Below are positions 11,691-26,100 of a DNA stretch of 64,000 nucleotides, in pieces. The DNA lies in the NCBI GenBank assembly GCA_964016885.1, contig OZ024752.1:45632001-45696000 (forward strand), in the 5' to 3' direction. The DNA is from Eledone cirrhosa (lineage: Eukaryota). A program made the position numbers and the translations under genes. The notes beneath the pieces are model-generated. The model was given only the letters and a program-made list of their open reading frames with translations, was not told the origin of the DNA and ran no database searches. Every line of letters begins with the position of its first letter. Positions within the stretch are counted from its first letter, which is position 1.

Positions 11691-12371
11691 AGAGAGACAT
11701 GGCTTTACATGCTTGCAATTTAAGAAAATCGCACCTTATGAAAATCAATTGGTGGGATGTGCATATTATCGCACAAGACACCTCCCTTGTCATCCAACAT
11801 GAAACACTACTGTTATTTCAGTATTTGATCTTAGAATTAAACCCTGCAAATTAAAATGTTGCATTACATGAGGTCGGGAGAGATGGTGCAGTCAAGTGCT
11901 CACATGCAGCAACTACCAGGCATCATCGATGCAGTGTGGGTGTCAGCGTTCATACCTACACTGTTGAGAAAGGTGTCTAGATGGAGTAGAATTAGCCATT
12001 TGTAAATATATATGTGTATATGTTTGTCTATATGTTTAGACACACACAAAAAAAACAAACAAATGGTCTCATACAGATGAAAAAGTGTGTGTATATGTAT
12101 ATATATATATATATATATACATAAATATACACATATACATAAATATATATATACACATATATACATAAATATATATATACACATATACATAAATATATAT
12201 ACATAATATATACATAATATATACATACATATATATGGTGACTCTGGAATTTCACCTGCTCACTCACAGGAACAATATTTAGCCATAATAAATGACTTTG
12301 CTTCCATATATTGAGTGTTCATTCAGTTAATCTCTGAATGTTTTAAATACAATGGTATTTTAAGCATCCAT

Positions 12372-12439
<68 letters not shown>

Positions 12440-12537
12440 CAAACGCACCTATATGTCTGCAATATATCAAAGTATGTGGCTAAATCTGGCTAAACTGGTT
12501 ACAGTCAGGATATATAATTTATTAACATGCCATATAT

Positions 12538-12577
<40 letters not shown>

Positions 12578-12880
12578 TCATATGTACGGCTGCTTAAGAT
12601 ATTTAAAGTAAAAATTAAAACAACACAACAGGTCTTTTCTTTGAATTGTAATTAATAAAATAACAAAAGAAGAAGAAGCTGGATGCGTCCAAACTCTGGC
12701 TATTATAGACCTTGGACAACTCTTCAGGGAGCGACAGTAATGATTCTCATTAACTTCTATGTTAGAAATATTTTCTTTTAAATAATATAATTTAATGAGG
12801 TCCTTTACAAATCCTTTTTCAATTTGCAAAACTGAACCTATTCCTTCTAGAAGATACAATATATATATATGTATATATAT

Positions 12881-13013
12881 TTAATTATAAAGTGAACAAC
12901 ACAAAATATAACATCTCTGTCTGATGACCGATCCAGACATATATTAATATTGTCTGGTATCCAGAAACCTTTGGTAATGGATTAATTATATTTTGTGTTC
13001 ACTTTCTAATTAA
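12881..13013 (+). ncRNA. Degenerate type I hammerhead motif with long extended helix I
   Basis: CTGATGA 12921-12927, stem CCAGACA/TGTCTGG, GAAA 12964, helix III ACC/GGT, GTA triplet, helix I TCTGT/ATGGA extended by about 30 nt of pairing; base of helix II mismatched. Confidence 0.55.
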
Positions 13014-13064
13014 ATAACTCTTGTTCTATACATTGCTTTTTCTTCGTAATTACTTACACACACA

Positions 13065-13081
13065 CATATATATATATATAA

Positions 13082-13112
<31 letters not shown>

Positions 13113-13179
13113 AATAAATATATATATAAATATATATATATATATAAATATATATATATATAAATATATATATAAATAT

Positions 13180-13210
<31 letters not shown>

Positions 13211-13245
13211 AATATATATATATATAAATATATAAATATATATAA

Positions 13246-13334
<89 letters not shown>

Positions 13335-13413
13335 TATATATATATAAATATATATATATATAAATATATATATATATAAATATATATATATATAAATATA
13401 TATATATATAAAT

Positions 13414-13448
<35 letters not shown>

Positions 13449-13461
13449 AATATATATAAAT

Positions 13462-13510
<49 letters not shown>

Positions 13511-13529
13511 AATATATATATATATAAAT

Positions 13530-13564
<35 letters not shown>

Positions 13565-13696
13565 AATATATATATATATAAATATATTTATATATATATA
13601 TAAATATATATATATATAAATATATTTATATATATATATATTTATATATATATATATTTATATATATATATATTTATATATATATATATTTATATA

Positions 13697-13742
<46 letters not shown>

Positions 13743-13745
13743 TAT

Positions 13746-13778
<33 letters not shown>

Positions 13779-13790
13779 AATATATATATG
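13065..13790. repeat. (TA)n/(TAAA) microsatellite
   Basis: Directly visible. Confidence 0.95.
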
Positions 13791-14110
13791 CAAGCAACTT
13801 ATTTTAGCAATTAAAAGCTCATTTTGTTTTCTCTCTCTCTGAAGAGTTCTTTTAATAACAGACTACAAGTAAATAGCATCAAGTTCATTTGAATTGTTGA
13901 TCTGCCAGTATAACCACGAGGGTTCTGATCTGTTGATCATAGTAGCCCACAAATGTGGAGAATATTATACAAAGAGATTTATTCATATTCTTATAAAACA
14001 AGGTTACCAACTTTCAGCAAAGAGTGTATTTGCTAAGCTTCACCAGAATTCTCTGAGGAAGTATGGTGAACACACATTTTGCTGAAACCTTGTGGACATC
14101 TTGTAAAAGG

Positions 14111-14181
<71 letters not shown>

Positions 14182-14186
14182 TAGTA

Positions 14187-14382
14187 ACACAACAGTTAGT
14201 TCACCATACCGAGAACAATTGTTTCACCTTATGCGGATCTTCAGTTCGGACTGAGGATCCGCTAAGGTGAAACAATTGTTCTCGGTATGGTGAACTAACT
14301 GTTGTGTAACCACTTCTACCAAACTCGTCCCATGGACTGAGTGCTCTACCACTACGGATATCACCTTCCGGTATTCTACCTT
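14187..14382 (+). mobile_element. Penelope-like fold-back remnant with hammerhead-like core
   Basis: Palindrome 14187-14307 between (TA)n tracts; CTGAGGA..GAAACAATTGTT on + and CTGAAGA..GAAACAATTGTT on -; helix I weak. Confidence 0.55.
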
Positions 14383-14961
14383 TATATATATATATATATA
14401 TTAAAGTAAGCAGTTTTACTGCTGAATGCTCTCCCTATTTGCTAATTGCTCAGCCCTAAAGTAAGTGTGAGGAAGGTACGGGCCTGTTTTCTATTAGCCA
14501 GGCAAACTTAGAGCATGCAGGGATGTATACCTTACAAAAGGGTCACACCACAAACGTTAGAGTAAGATTTGAACTGTTGGAAGCAACTTGGGAGTTGCTG
14601 TCTCCTAATAAAAAAAAAAAGAGTCAAATCAAATGTTGGGTGGGGAAAGTAAAAACAATATTATTATTAATATTATTTCCATATTGCAAGTGTGAACGCC
14701 TGCTAGAGTTAATACAGGTAAGAGATAGGTTCTGATTAAACTTAAGACATTGCTGTGAGCTGTTCTGGGTGACCAACTGACTGCCAAAAAGAGAGAATGA
14801 AGAGGTCAGATCAAAGTTGACCTCTTCAGTATTGATGTGTGCATTACCTGATGAACTGGAAGAGAAAAAAACAAAGGACCCCATAGAGGTGATAAGCTTG
14901 TCCTGTCTTATATTGAACTGCGGAAGGGAGACAAAAAATTAGAAACCATGTTATATATATG

Positions 14962-15255
14962 TGAAGGCATGTGGCTCACAATCGTGAGTTTGATTCCCGG
15001 CAGCGCATTGTTTCCTTGAACAAGACACTTTATTTCATGTTGCTCCAGTCTACTGAGCTGGCAAAAATGAGTTGCACCTGTAATTCGAAGGGCCAGCCTT
15101 GTCACATTCTGTGTCACGCTGAATCTCCCTGAGAACTACGTTAAGGGGTACGCGTGTCTGTGGAATGCTCAGCCACTTGCACGTTAATTTAACGAGCAGG
15201 CTGTTCCGTTGATCGCATCAACTGGAACACTCGTCGTCTTAACCGACAGAGTTAC
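14962..15255 (+). mobile_element. tRNA-derived SINE, family 2
   Basis: B-box-like GAGTTTGATTCC then CCTTGAACAAGACACTTTATTTC; fragments recur at about 19670-19800, 53810-53945, 54870-55006, 57050-57175 and 59085-59205. Confidence 0.7.
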
Positions 15256-15284
15256 TAATATATATATATATATATATATGTATA

Positions 15285-15329
<45 letters not shown>

Positions 15330-15754
15330 TTTAGTGGTGGTGGCCATGGGGAGTTGAAAGAAAAAATGTGTAGTTGTGGCATTCATGACTTTCTCAAAGA
15401 CACATAAAGAATATCAGTAACTGCCAATAAATTATTTAACCCCCATTTGGGAGTTTTTATGTGTGTTTTTTTTTAGTGAAGAAGATTATTTTTCTTTTTT
15501 TTTTTTTCTCTTCTGAAGATTTCAGAAAAATTTCCAAAGTAGCTTTCTCGCTAACACTCAAAGACTCGCACATATACCTGACGGGTAGGTGAGGAGGGGT
15601 TTCATACAACAAGAACAACAACAATAATTAAAACAAGGTCATAAAAGTAAGAAATGTCAATTATTTCACATAGTATTCTTGTTTATAAATTACTAACCTA
15701 CACGGGTATTCTCAATACCAGCGTCACATCAGACTGAACTACATACAACTCTAG

Positions 15755-16280
<526 letters not shown>

Positions 16281-16403
16281 ACATACATTCACTCTCACCC
16301 ACAATTCTGTAGTTACGGAGTCAAGTTACATTTACAAAGGAATTACAAACAGAAAAAAATATAAATAAAGAAAATCAATCTCTGTTAAAAGGGTCTAAAA
16401 TGT

Positions 16404-16591
16404 TTATAGTAGGCTGTATGTTAGGTGCAGGGGACTAGAGGGGGACACCATTATAGTAGGCTGTATGTTAGGTGCAGGGACTAGAGGGGGACACCATTAT
16501 AGTAGGCTGTATGTTAGGTGCAGGGACTAGAGGGGGACACCATTATAGTAGGCTGTATGTTAGGTGCAGGGACTAGAGGGGGACACCATTA
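16404..16591. repeat. 46-bp minisatellite, 4 copies
   Basis: TTATAGTAGGCTGTATGTTAGGTGCAGGGACTAGAGGGGGACACCA repeated. Confidence 0.9.
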
Positions 16592-17111
16592 TTTGTCATG
16601 AATTCTGGTTAATAATAATAATAATAATAATAATATTAATAATGATTTCTAGTATAGGCACAAGGCCAGTAATTTCGGGGTAAGGGGGGAAAGTTGATTA
16701 AATCGACCCCAGTGCGTGACTGGTACTTTATTTTATCGACCCTGTAAGGGTGAAAGAAAGGCAAAGCTAACCTCAGTGGGATTTTAACTCGGTCTGTAAA
16801 GGGCCAACCCACCGCCCTTTATAATAATAATAATAATAATAATAATAGTAGTAGTAGTAGTAGTAGTAATAGTAGTAGTAGTAGTAATAATAGTTATATT
16901 GGGTGTGTGGAGGAGGTTTTGTGAGGTAGAAACATCACAGAAAAAAAAAAAAAACGAAACGAAAAATAATTATGAAACAAAGAAAAAATATATATAAAAA
17001 AAAAAAAACCTCCAAAAAAGGATTTTTTAAAACAAAAAGAAAACAAAAAAAATAACAACAAACTAAATGCTATCAGTGTGATGTGGTGATGTGATGCTTA
17101 CCATGATAATT

Positions 17112-17145
<34 letters not shown>

Positions 17146-17984
17146 CAACAACAATGAAAATGATGGCAATAATTATAATAATGTTTACAAAGATGAAATC
17201 AACCATGTTTGAGCAGTTGCACTGTCACAATTCACATGTGTTCATCGACCCCAGGAGGGGAGGGAAGAAAGAGAAAGGTTTTTTGTTTGTTTTTTTCCAT
17301 CTTAATTATTTTTGTTCCACATGACTTAATAATGAATTGGTAAAATTTTACAACAAAGAACAAAAAAAAAAAAAAAAAAATTAATTAATTAATTAATTTT
17401 ACAAACAAACCATCATAAAATGATCATTATAATAAATAGTAATTAGCCCAGACACAGCTTGTTTTCACCTTCAATCAGCTGTTGGAATTGACGCAAAAAA
17501 AATGTTCTTTTTCTTTCAATAACAATAATAACATAGAAATTATTATTATTATTATCTTAGAATTATTATTATTATTAATTCTAAGATAGGCTCAAAGCCA
17601 GAAACCTTGGGGGTAGGGGACCTTTGGGGGTACGGGTGTGGGAGGGGAAGAAACCTTGGGGGTGTAGGGGTGTGGGTGTGGAAGGGGAATTAAGTCAAAA
17701 TTACTTTACCACCAGTATATAACTGGTACTGTACTTTATCGGAGGGCAGTTTATTTTATTTTTTTTGGGGACTCTGAATTTAAAGGGTGGGATGGGGTGG
17801 GTTGAGTTGAGAGGGTGAGTGGGGTGGATTGAGTTGAGAGGGTGGGTGGGGTAAATAACTAAATACTGCAAGATATTCATTCCATAATTTTTACCATATC
17901 TGTCAATCCACTGCCCCCCCCCCATTTCAAATAATATCAATAATAGTTTTATTAATAATAATAATAATGATAATGATAATAATA

Positions 17985-18173
17985 ATTGTTTCTACTTTTG
18001 GCACAAGGCCAGCAATTATCCCAGTGCATTACTGGTACTTTATTATATCGACCCCCTTAAGGATGAAAGGCAAAGTTAACCTCGGCAGGATTTGAACTCA
18101 GATCATAAAGGGCCGTAACTCCATGCTGCAAAGCATGGCGTCCGCCCCTCTACCGATACTGCCAATCCACCGC
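17985..18173 (-). mobile_element. tRNA-derived SINE, family 1 (Nin-like core)
   Basis: On - strand: A box TGGCAGTATCGG, B box GAGTTCAAATCC, core GCCTTTCATCC..GGGGTCGAT..AAGTACCAG, (TTA)n tail; other copies at about 16646, 18626, 29172, 29361, 39600 and 47945. Confidence 0.8.
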
Positions 18174-18186
18174 TTAATGATAATAA

Positions 18187-18221
<35 letters not shown>

Positions 18222-18429
18222 ATAGTAGTAGTAGTAATTATAATAAAATACAGCAGCAGCAGCAAGTCGCAGTAGTAGTAGTAACAGCAGCATTTGTAGT
18301 AGTTGTAGTAGTTGTAGTAGTAGTAGTAGTAGTAGTAGTTGTAGTAGTAGTTGTAGGTGTTGATCTGGAATATTTCAAGTGGAAGTGTGGAGAGATGAAG
18401 GCAGATGAGTAAAGGCAGTAAAACATCTC

Positions 18430-18535
18430 TTAACTTAGTTCCAACATGGCGTCAAGTTCTTCGGTCAAGTTCTGTAGCATGTTGTCTATATCATGGAGTA
18501 CATTCCCTGTCTCTGTTGTGGCAACGGGTTTGCTA
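18430..18535 (-). CDS. CASKIN: Caskin-like protein, last coding exon
   Basis: ctttag|T AGC...; SKPVATTETGNVLHDIDNMLQNLTEELDAMLELS-stop resembles the Caskin C-terminal helix (DI..M...L...LDAMLE). Confidence 0.9.
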
Positions 18536-18924
18536 CTAAAGGTCGCAAACAGGCCAGAACAAAAAAAATGAAACAAAATAGACAGAAGGGAAAATATTTA
18601 GAGTTATTTTTATTATTATTATTATAATTGTTTCTACTTTAGGCACAAGGCCAGCAATTACCCAGTGCATTACTGGTACTTTATTTTATCGACCCCCGTA
18701 AGGTTGAAAGGCGAGGTTGACTTTGCCTTTCATCCTTACGGGGTCGATAAAATAAAGTACCAGTAATGCACTGGATTATTGCTGGCCTTGTGCCTAAAGT
18801 AGAAACAATTATTATTATACAGCAGAACATAACAACAACAACAACATCATAAATTAATACATCTCGGTAAATAAAACAGCAGAGATTATTTCTGAAGTAT
18901 GCGGTCATATATTTAAGAAAGGAA

Positions 18925-19232
18925 CTAGATTATCCCAGTGGAAGGAAGACGCAGTAGAGGAAGACCACGAAAGACATGGGCGGAGGTGGTGAGAGCTGAC
19001 CTCAGATCGCTGAAACTCACGGAGGAGATGACGAAGGACCATGACGAGTGGCAAGATGCTGTGCTGAATAGGACCCATCCCACCCTTGCAAGCAGGGAAA
19101 AGCGGACCTATAATAATGATGATGATGATGATGATACATATAAATATCCCCGACCCAATCTAGCCTCAAGTGGAGCAACTCCCATCTAACCCATGCTAGC
19201 ATGGAAGAGAGACATTAAACGATGATGATGAT
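18925..19232 (+). mobile_element. RTE-clade LINE 3' end fragment
   Basis: VEGRRSRGRPRKTWAEVVRADL...DEW is typical of the RTE ORF C-terminus; followed by (GAT)n tails. Confidence 0.8.
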
Positions 19233-19840
19233 ATATATATATATATATATCCAGGGAGTGTAATATAAAGTTAGTGTACGTTTACCCAAGTGAGCACTTG
19301 ATATTTAGGTTCATGTCATTACTACAACAGAGGTCCAATGAGCTTTTGATTCCGGAGTCGGGTCAGATCGATACAGATCAAATCTTGTGCTGATCAATAG
19401 CGTAATGCGCATCACCAATCAATAATGTAATGAAGGCGTAACAAATCGTCCTTGTATTATTATTATATAATCAGTAAGACATGTACAACATAATTATCTC
19501 CCCTTTACTATCTATAGTGGAAGTAATATCATGTAATGTTTAGCAATTCAATCCCCCCAACTACATGGTGCCATGTGCTACATGGTATCTTGTGCTACAT
19601 GGGTTGACCCGTGCCATGCAATTGAAACTGGGTAGATGTCAACTGTGTCAGGAAGCCTGTTCGATGGATCGTGACAGGCTGAATCTCCCTGAGAATTACA
19701 TTAAAGGTACACATCTCTGTGGAATGCTCAGTGACTTGCACATTAATTTTTATGAGCAGGCAGTTCCATTGATTGACTACACATTGGTGACATCGACAAG
19801 TCCATTCCACATTTTATAGGATGTACAAAATAAAACTCAC

Positions 19841-19970
19841 GGTTTGGGTGGGGTCTCCAGAAATTTCTTGGGCTCTACTGGTGGAGGTGTGGGCCTCAGC
19901 TTCGGTTTCGGTGCAATAATCGGCGTTGCTGAAGCTTCATACTTTTTGGGTAAAGGAGGTCGCTTAGGAG
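19841..19970 (-). CDS. CASKIN: Caskin-like protein, Pro-rich exon
   Basis: ttgcag|CT...CC|gtgagt; PKRPPLPKKYEASATPIIAPKPKLRPTPPPVEPKKFLETPPK; phases 1 and 2 fit both neighbours. Confidence 0.85.
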
Positions 19971-20142
19971 CTGCAATAAAGAGAAGAGACAGGGGAAGAA
20001 TCAGTAAAATTAAATTATTTTAATTTTGAAAATATAGTCGCTGCGATGCTGATAAGTATAAGTAATAATTGAGTAAATCAGGTAAAGTATCTCTGGAGAT
20101 AGAAAAGAGTGGACAGCATACAATTAAAGTGTTTAATCACAA

Positions 20143-23100
20143 TGGAGATAGTGGTGAGATAGAGAGGAGATAGTGGTGATATAGAGAGAGGAGATAGTGG
20201 TGATATAGAGAGAGGAGATAGTGGTGATATAGAGAGAGGAGATAGTGGTGATATATAGAGAGGAGATAGTGGTGATATAGAGAGAGGAGATAGTGGTGAT
20301 ATAGGGAGGAGATAGTGGTGATATAGAGAGAGGAGATAGTGGTGATATAGAGAGGAGATAGTGGTGATATAGAGAGAGGAGATAGTGGTGATATAGAGAG
20401 GAGATAGTGGTGATATAGAGAGGAGATAGTGGTGATATAGAGAGAGGAGATAGTGGTGATATAGAGAGAGGAGATAGTGGTGATATAGAGAGAGGAGATA
20501 GTGGTGTGATATAGAGAGAGGAGATAGTGGTGATATAGAGAGAGGAGATAGTGGTGATATAGGGAGAGGAGATAGTGGTGATATAGAGAGAGGAGATAGT
20601 AGTGATATAGGGAGAGGAGATAGTGGTGATATAGAGAGAGGAGATAGTGGTGATATAGAGAGGAGATAGTGGTGATATAGAGAGGAGATAGTGGTGTGAT
20701 ATAGAGAGGAGATAGTGGTGATATAGAGAGAGGAGATAGTGGTGATATAGAGAGAGGAGATAGTAGTGATATAGAGAGGAGATAGTGGTGATATAGAGAG
20801 GAGATAGTGGTGATATAGAGAGGAGATAGTGGTGATATAGAGAGAGGAGATAGTGGTGATATAGAGAGGAGATAGTGGTGATATAGAGAGAGGAGATAGT
20901 GGTGATATAGAGAGAGGAGATAGTGGTGATATAGAGAGGAGATAGTGGTGATATAGGGAGAGGAGATAGTGGTGATATAGAGAGAAGATAGTGGTGATAT
21001 AGAGAGAGGAGATAGTAGTGATATAGAGAGGAGATAGTGGTGATATAGAGAGAGGAGATAGTGGTGATATAGAGAGGAGAGATAGTGGTGATATAGAGAG
21101 GAGATAGTGGTGATATAGAGAGGAGATAGTGGTGTGAGATAGAGAGGAGATAGTGGTGATATAGAGAGGAGATAGTGGTGATATAGAGAGAGGAGATAGT
21201 AGTGATATAGAGAGGAGATAGTGGTGATATAGAGAGGAGATAGTGGTGATATAGAGAGGAGATAGTGGTGATATAGAGAGAGGAGATAGTGGTGATATAG
21301 AGAGAGGAGATAGTGGTGATATAGAGAGAGGAGATAGTGGTGATATAGAGAGGAGATAGTGGTGATATAGAGAGGAGATAGTGGTGATATAGAGAGGAGA
21401 TAGTGGTGATATAGAGAGAGGAGATAGTGGTGATATAGAGAGGAGATAGTGGTGATATAGAGAGAGGAGATAGTGGTGATATAGAGAGGAGATAGTGGTG
21501 ATATAGAGAGGAGATAGTGGTGATATAGAGAGGAGATAGTGGTGATATAGAGAGAGGAGATAGTGGTGATATAGAGAGGAGATAGTGGTGATATAGAGAG
21601 AGGAGATAGTAGTGATATAGGGAGAGGAGATAGTGGTGATAAAGAGAGAGGAGATAGTGGTGATATAGAGAGGAGATAGTGGTGATATAGAGAGGAGATA
21701 GTGGTGATATAGAGAGAGGAGATAGTGGTGTGATATAGAGAGGAGATAGAGAGGAGATAGAGAGGAGATTGTGGTGATATAGAGAGGAGATAGTGGTGAT
21801 ATAGAGAGAGGAGATAGTAGTGATATAGGGTGAGGAGATAGTGGTGATAAAGAGAGAGGAGATAGTGGTGTGATATAGAGAGGAGATAGAGAGGAGATAG
21901 TAGTGATATAGGGAGAGGAGATAGTGGTGATATAGAGAGGAGATAGTGGTGATATAGAGAGAGGAGATAGTAGTGATATAGGGAGAGGAGATAGTGGTGA
22001 TAAAGAGAGAGGAGATAGTGGTGATATAGAGAGGAGATAGTAGTGATATAGAGAGGAGATAGTGGTGATATAGAGAGGAGATAGTAGTGATATAGAGAGG
22101 AGATAGTGGTGATATAGGGAGAGGAGATAGTAGTGATATAGAGAGGAGATAGTGGTGATATAGAGAGGAGATAGTGGTGATATAGAGAGAGGAGATAGTG
22201 GTGTGATATAGAGAGGTGATAGAGAGGAGATAGTGGTGATATTAAGAGAGGAGATAGTGGTGATATAGAGAGAGGAGATAGTGGTGTGATATAGGGAGAG
22301 GAGATAGTGGTGATATAGAGAGGAGATAGTGGTGATATAGAGAGAGGAGATAGTGGTGATATAGAGAGAGGAGATAGTGGTGATATAGAGAGGAGATAGT
22401 GGTGATATAGAGAGAGGAGATAGTGGTGATATAGAGAGAGGAGATAGTGGTGATATAGAGAGGAGATAGTGGTGATATAGAGAGAGGAGATAGTGGTGTG
22501 ATATAGAGAGGAGATAGTGGTGATATAGGGAGAGGAGATAGTGGTGTGATATAGAGAGGTGATAGAGAGGAGATAGTGGTGATATAGAGAGAGGAGATAG
22601 TGGTGATATAGAGAGGAGATAGTGGTGATATAGAGAGGAGATAGTGGTGATAAAGAGAGAGGAGATAGTGGTGATATAGAGAGAGGAGATAGTGGTGATA
22701 TAGAGAGGAGATAGTGGTGATATAGAGAGGAGATAGTGGTGATATAGAGAGGAGATAGTGGTGATATAGAGAGGAGATAGTGGTGATAAAGAGAGGAGAT
22801 AGTGGTGATATAGGGAGAGGAGATAGTAGTGATATAGAGAGGAGATAGTGGTGATATAGAGAGGAGATAGTGGTGATATAGAGAGGAGATAGTGGTGATA
22901 TAGAGAGAGGAGATAGTGGTGATATAGGGAGAGGAGATAGTGGTGATATAGAGAGAGGAGATAGTGGTGATATAGAGAGGAGATAGTGGTGATATAGAGA
23001 GAGGAGATAGTGGTGATATAGAGAGAGGAGATAGTAGTGATATAGAGAGGAGATAGTGGTGATATAGAGAGAGGAGATAGTGGTGATATAGAGAGAGGAG

Positions 23101-26100
23101 ATAGTGGTGATATAGAGAGAGGAGATAGTGGTGATATAGAGAGAGGAGATAGTGGTGATATAGAGAGAGGAGATAGTAGTGATATAGAGAGAGGAGATAG
23201 TGGTGATATAGAGAGAGGAGATAGTGGTGATATAGAGAGAGGAGATAGTGGTGATATAGAGAGAGGAGATAGTGGTGATATAGAGAGAGGAGATAGTGGT
23301 GATATAGAGAGAGGAGATAGTGGTGATATAGAGAGGAGATAGAGAGGAGATAGTGGTGATATAGAGAGGAGATAGTGGTGATATAGAGAGAGGAGATAGT
23401 GGTGATATAGAGAGAGGAGATAGTGGTGATATAGAGAGGAGATAGTGGTGATATAGAGAGAGGAGATAGTGGTGATATAGAGAGGAGATAGTGGTGATAT
23501 AGAGAGAGGAGATAGTGGTGATATAGAGAGAGGAGATAGTGGTGATATAGAGAGGAGATAGTGGTGATATAGAGAGAGGAGATAGTGGTGATATAGAGAG
23601 AGGAGATAGTGGTGATATAGAGAGAGGAGATAGTGGTGATATAGAGAGGAGATAGTGGTGATATAGAGAGAGGAGATAGTGGTGATATAGAGAGGAGATA
23701 GTGGTGATATAGAGAGAGGAGATAGTGGTGATATAGAGAGAGGAGATAGTGGTGATATAGAGAGAGGAGATAGTGGTGAGATAGAGAGAGGAGATAGTGG
23801 TGAGATAGAGAGAGGAGATAGTGGTGAGATAGAGAGAGGAGATAGTGGTGATATAGAGAGGAGAGATAGTGGTGAGATAGAGAGAGGAGATAGTGGTGTG
23901 ATATAGAGAGGAGATAGTGGTGATATAGAGAGAGGAGATAGTGGTGATATAGAGAGAGGAGATAGTGGTGATATAGGGAGAGGAGATAGTGGTGATATAG
24001 GGAGAGGAGATAGTGGTGATATAGAGAGAGGAGATAGTGGTGAGATAGAGAGAGGAGATAGTGGTGATATAGAGAGAGGAGATAGTGGTGATATAGAGAG
24101 AGGAGATAGTGGTGAGATAGAGAGAGGAGATAGTGGTGATATAGGGAGAGGAGATAGTGGTGATATAGAGAGGAGATAGTGGTGATATAGAGAGAGGAGA
24201 TAGTGGTGATATAGAGAGAGGAGATAGTGGTGAGATAGAGAGAGGAGATAGTGGTGATATAGAGAGAGGAGATAGTGGTGATATAGAGAGGAGATAGTGG
24301 TGAGATAGAGAGAGGAGATAGTGGTGAGATAGAGAGAGGAGATAGTGGTGATATAGAGAGGAGAGATAGTGGTGAGATAGAGAGGAGAGATAGTGGTGAG
24401 ATAGAGAGAGGAGATAGTGGTGATATAGAGAGGAGATAGTGGTGAGATAGAGAGAGGAGATAGTGGTGATATAGGGAGAGGAGATAGTGGTGATATAGGA
24501 GAGGAGATAGTGGTGAGATATAGAGAGGAGATAGTGGTGATATAGAGAGAGGAGATAGTGGTGATATAGAGAGAGGAGATAGTGGTGATATAGGGAGAGG
24601 AGATAGTGGTGAGATATAGAGAGGAGATAGTGGTGATATAGAGAGAGGAGATAGTGGTGATATAGAGAGAGGAGATAGTGGTGATATAGGGAGAGGAGAT
24701 AGTGGTGAGATATAGAGAGGAGATAGTGGTGATATAGGGAGAGGAGATAGTGGTGATATAGAGAGGAGATAGTGGTGATATAGAGAGGAGATAGTAGTGA
24801 TATAGGGAGGAGATAGTGGTGATATAGGGAGAGGAGATAGTGGTGATATAGAGAGGAGATAGTGGTGATATAGAGAGAGGAGATAGTGGTGAGATAGAGA
24901 GAGGAGATAGTGGTGAGATAGAGAGAGGAGATAGTGGTGTGATATAGAGAGGAGATAGTGGTGATATAGAGAGGAGATAGTAGTGATATAGGGAGGAGAT
25001 AGTGGTGATATAGGGAGAGGAGATAGTGGTGATATAGAGAGGAGATAGTGGTGATATAGAGAGGAGATAGTGGTGTGATATAGAGAGAGGAGATAGTGGT
25101 GATATAGAGAGGAGATAGTGGTGATATAGGGAGGAGATAGTGGTGATATAGGAGAGGAGATAGTGGTGATATAGAGAGGAGATAGTGGTGATATAGAGAG
25201 GAGATAGTGGTGTGATATAGAGAGAGGAGATAGTGGTGATATAGAGAGGAGATAGTGGTGATATAGAGAGAGGAGATAGTGGTGATATAGAGAGAGGAGA
25301 TAGTGGTGATATAGAGAGAGGAGATAGTGGTGAGATAGAGAGAGGAGATAGTGGTGAGATAGAGAGAGGAGATAGTGGTGAGATAGAGAGAGGAGATAGT
25401 GGTGATATAGAGAGGAGAGATAGTGGTGAGATAGAGAGAGGAGATAGTGGTGATATAGAGAGGAGATAGTGGTGATATAGAGAGGAGATAGTGGTGATAT
25501 AGAGAGGAGATAGTGGTGTGATATAGAGAGGAGATAGTGGTGTGATATAGAGAGGAGATAGTGGTGTGATATAGAGAGGAGATAGTGGTGTGATATAGAG
25601 AGGAGATAGTGGTGATATAGAGAGAGGAGATAGTGGTGATATAGAGAGAGGAGATAGTGGTGATATAGAGAGAGGAGATAGTGGTGAGATAGAGAGAGGA
25701 GATAGTGGTGAGATAGAGAGAGGAGATAGTGGTGATATAGAGAGGAGAGATAGTGGTGAGATAGAGAGGAGAGATAGTGGTGAGATAGAGAGAGGAGATA
25801 GTGGTGATATAGAGAGGAGATAGTGGTGATATAGAGAGGAGATAGTGGTGATATAGAGAGGAGATAGTGGTGTGATATAGAGAGGAGATAGTGGTGATAT
25901 AGGGAGAGGAGATAGTGGTGATATAGAGAGGAGATAGTGGTGATATAGAGAGAGGAGATAGTGGTGATATAGAGAGAGGAGATAGTGGTGATATAGAGAG
26001 AGGAGATAGTGGTGAGATAGAGAGAGGAGATAGTGGTGAGATAGAGAGAGGAGATAGTGGTGATATAGAGAGAGGAGATAGTGGTGAGATAGAGAGAGGA

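Noticed and set aside
10706-11802. Long YI-rich ORFs (also about 15800, 32570, 38190, 46800, 53060)
   Set aside because: Translations of (TA)n microsatellites.
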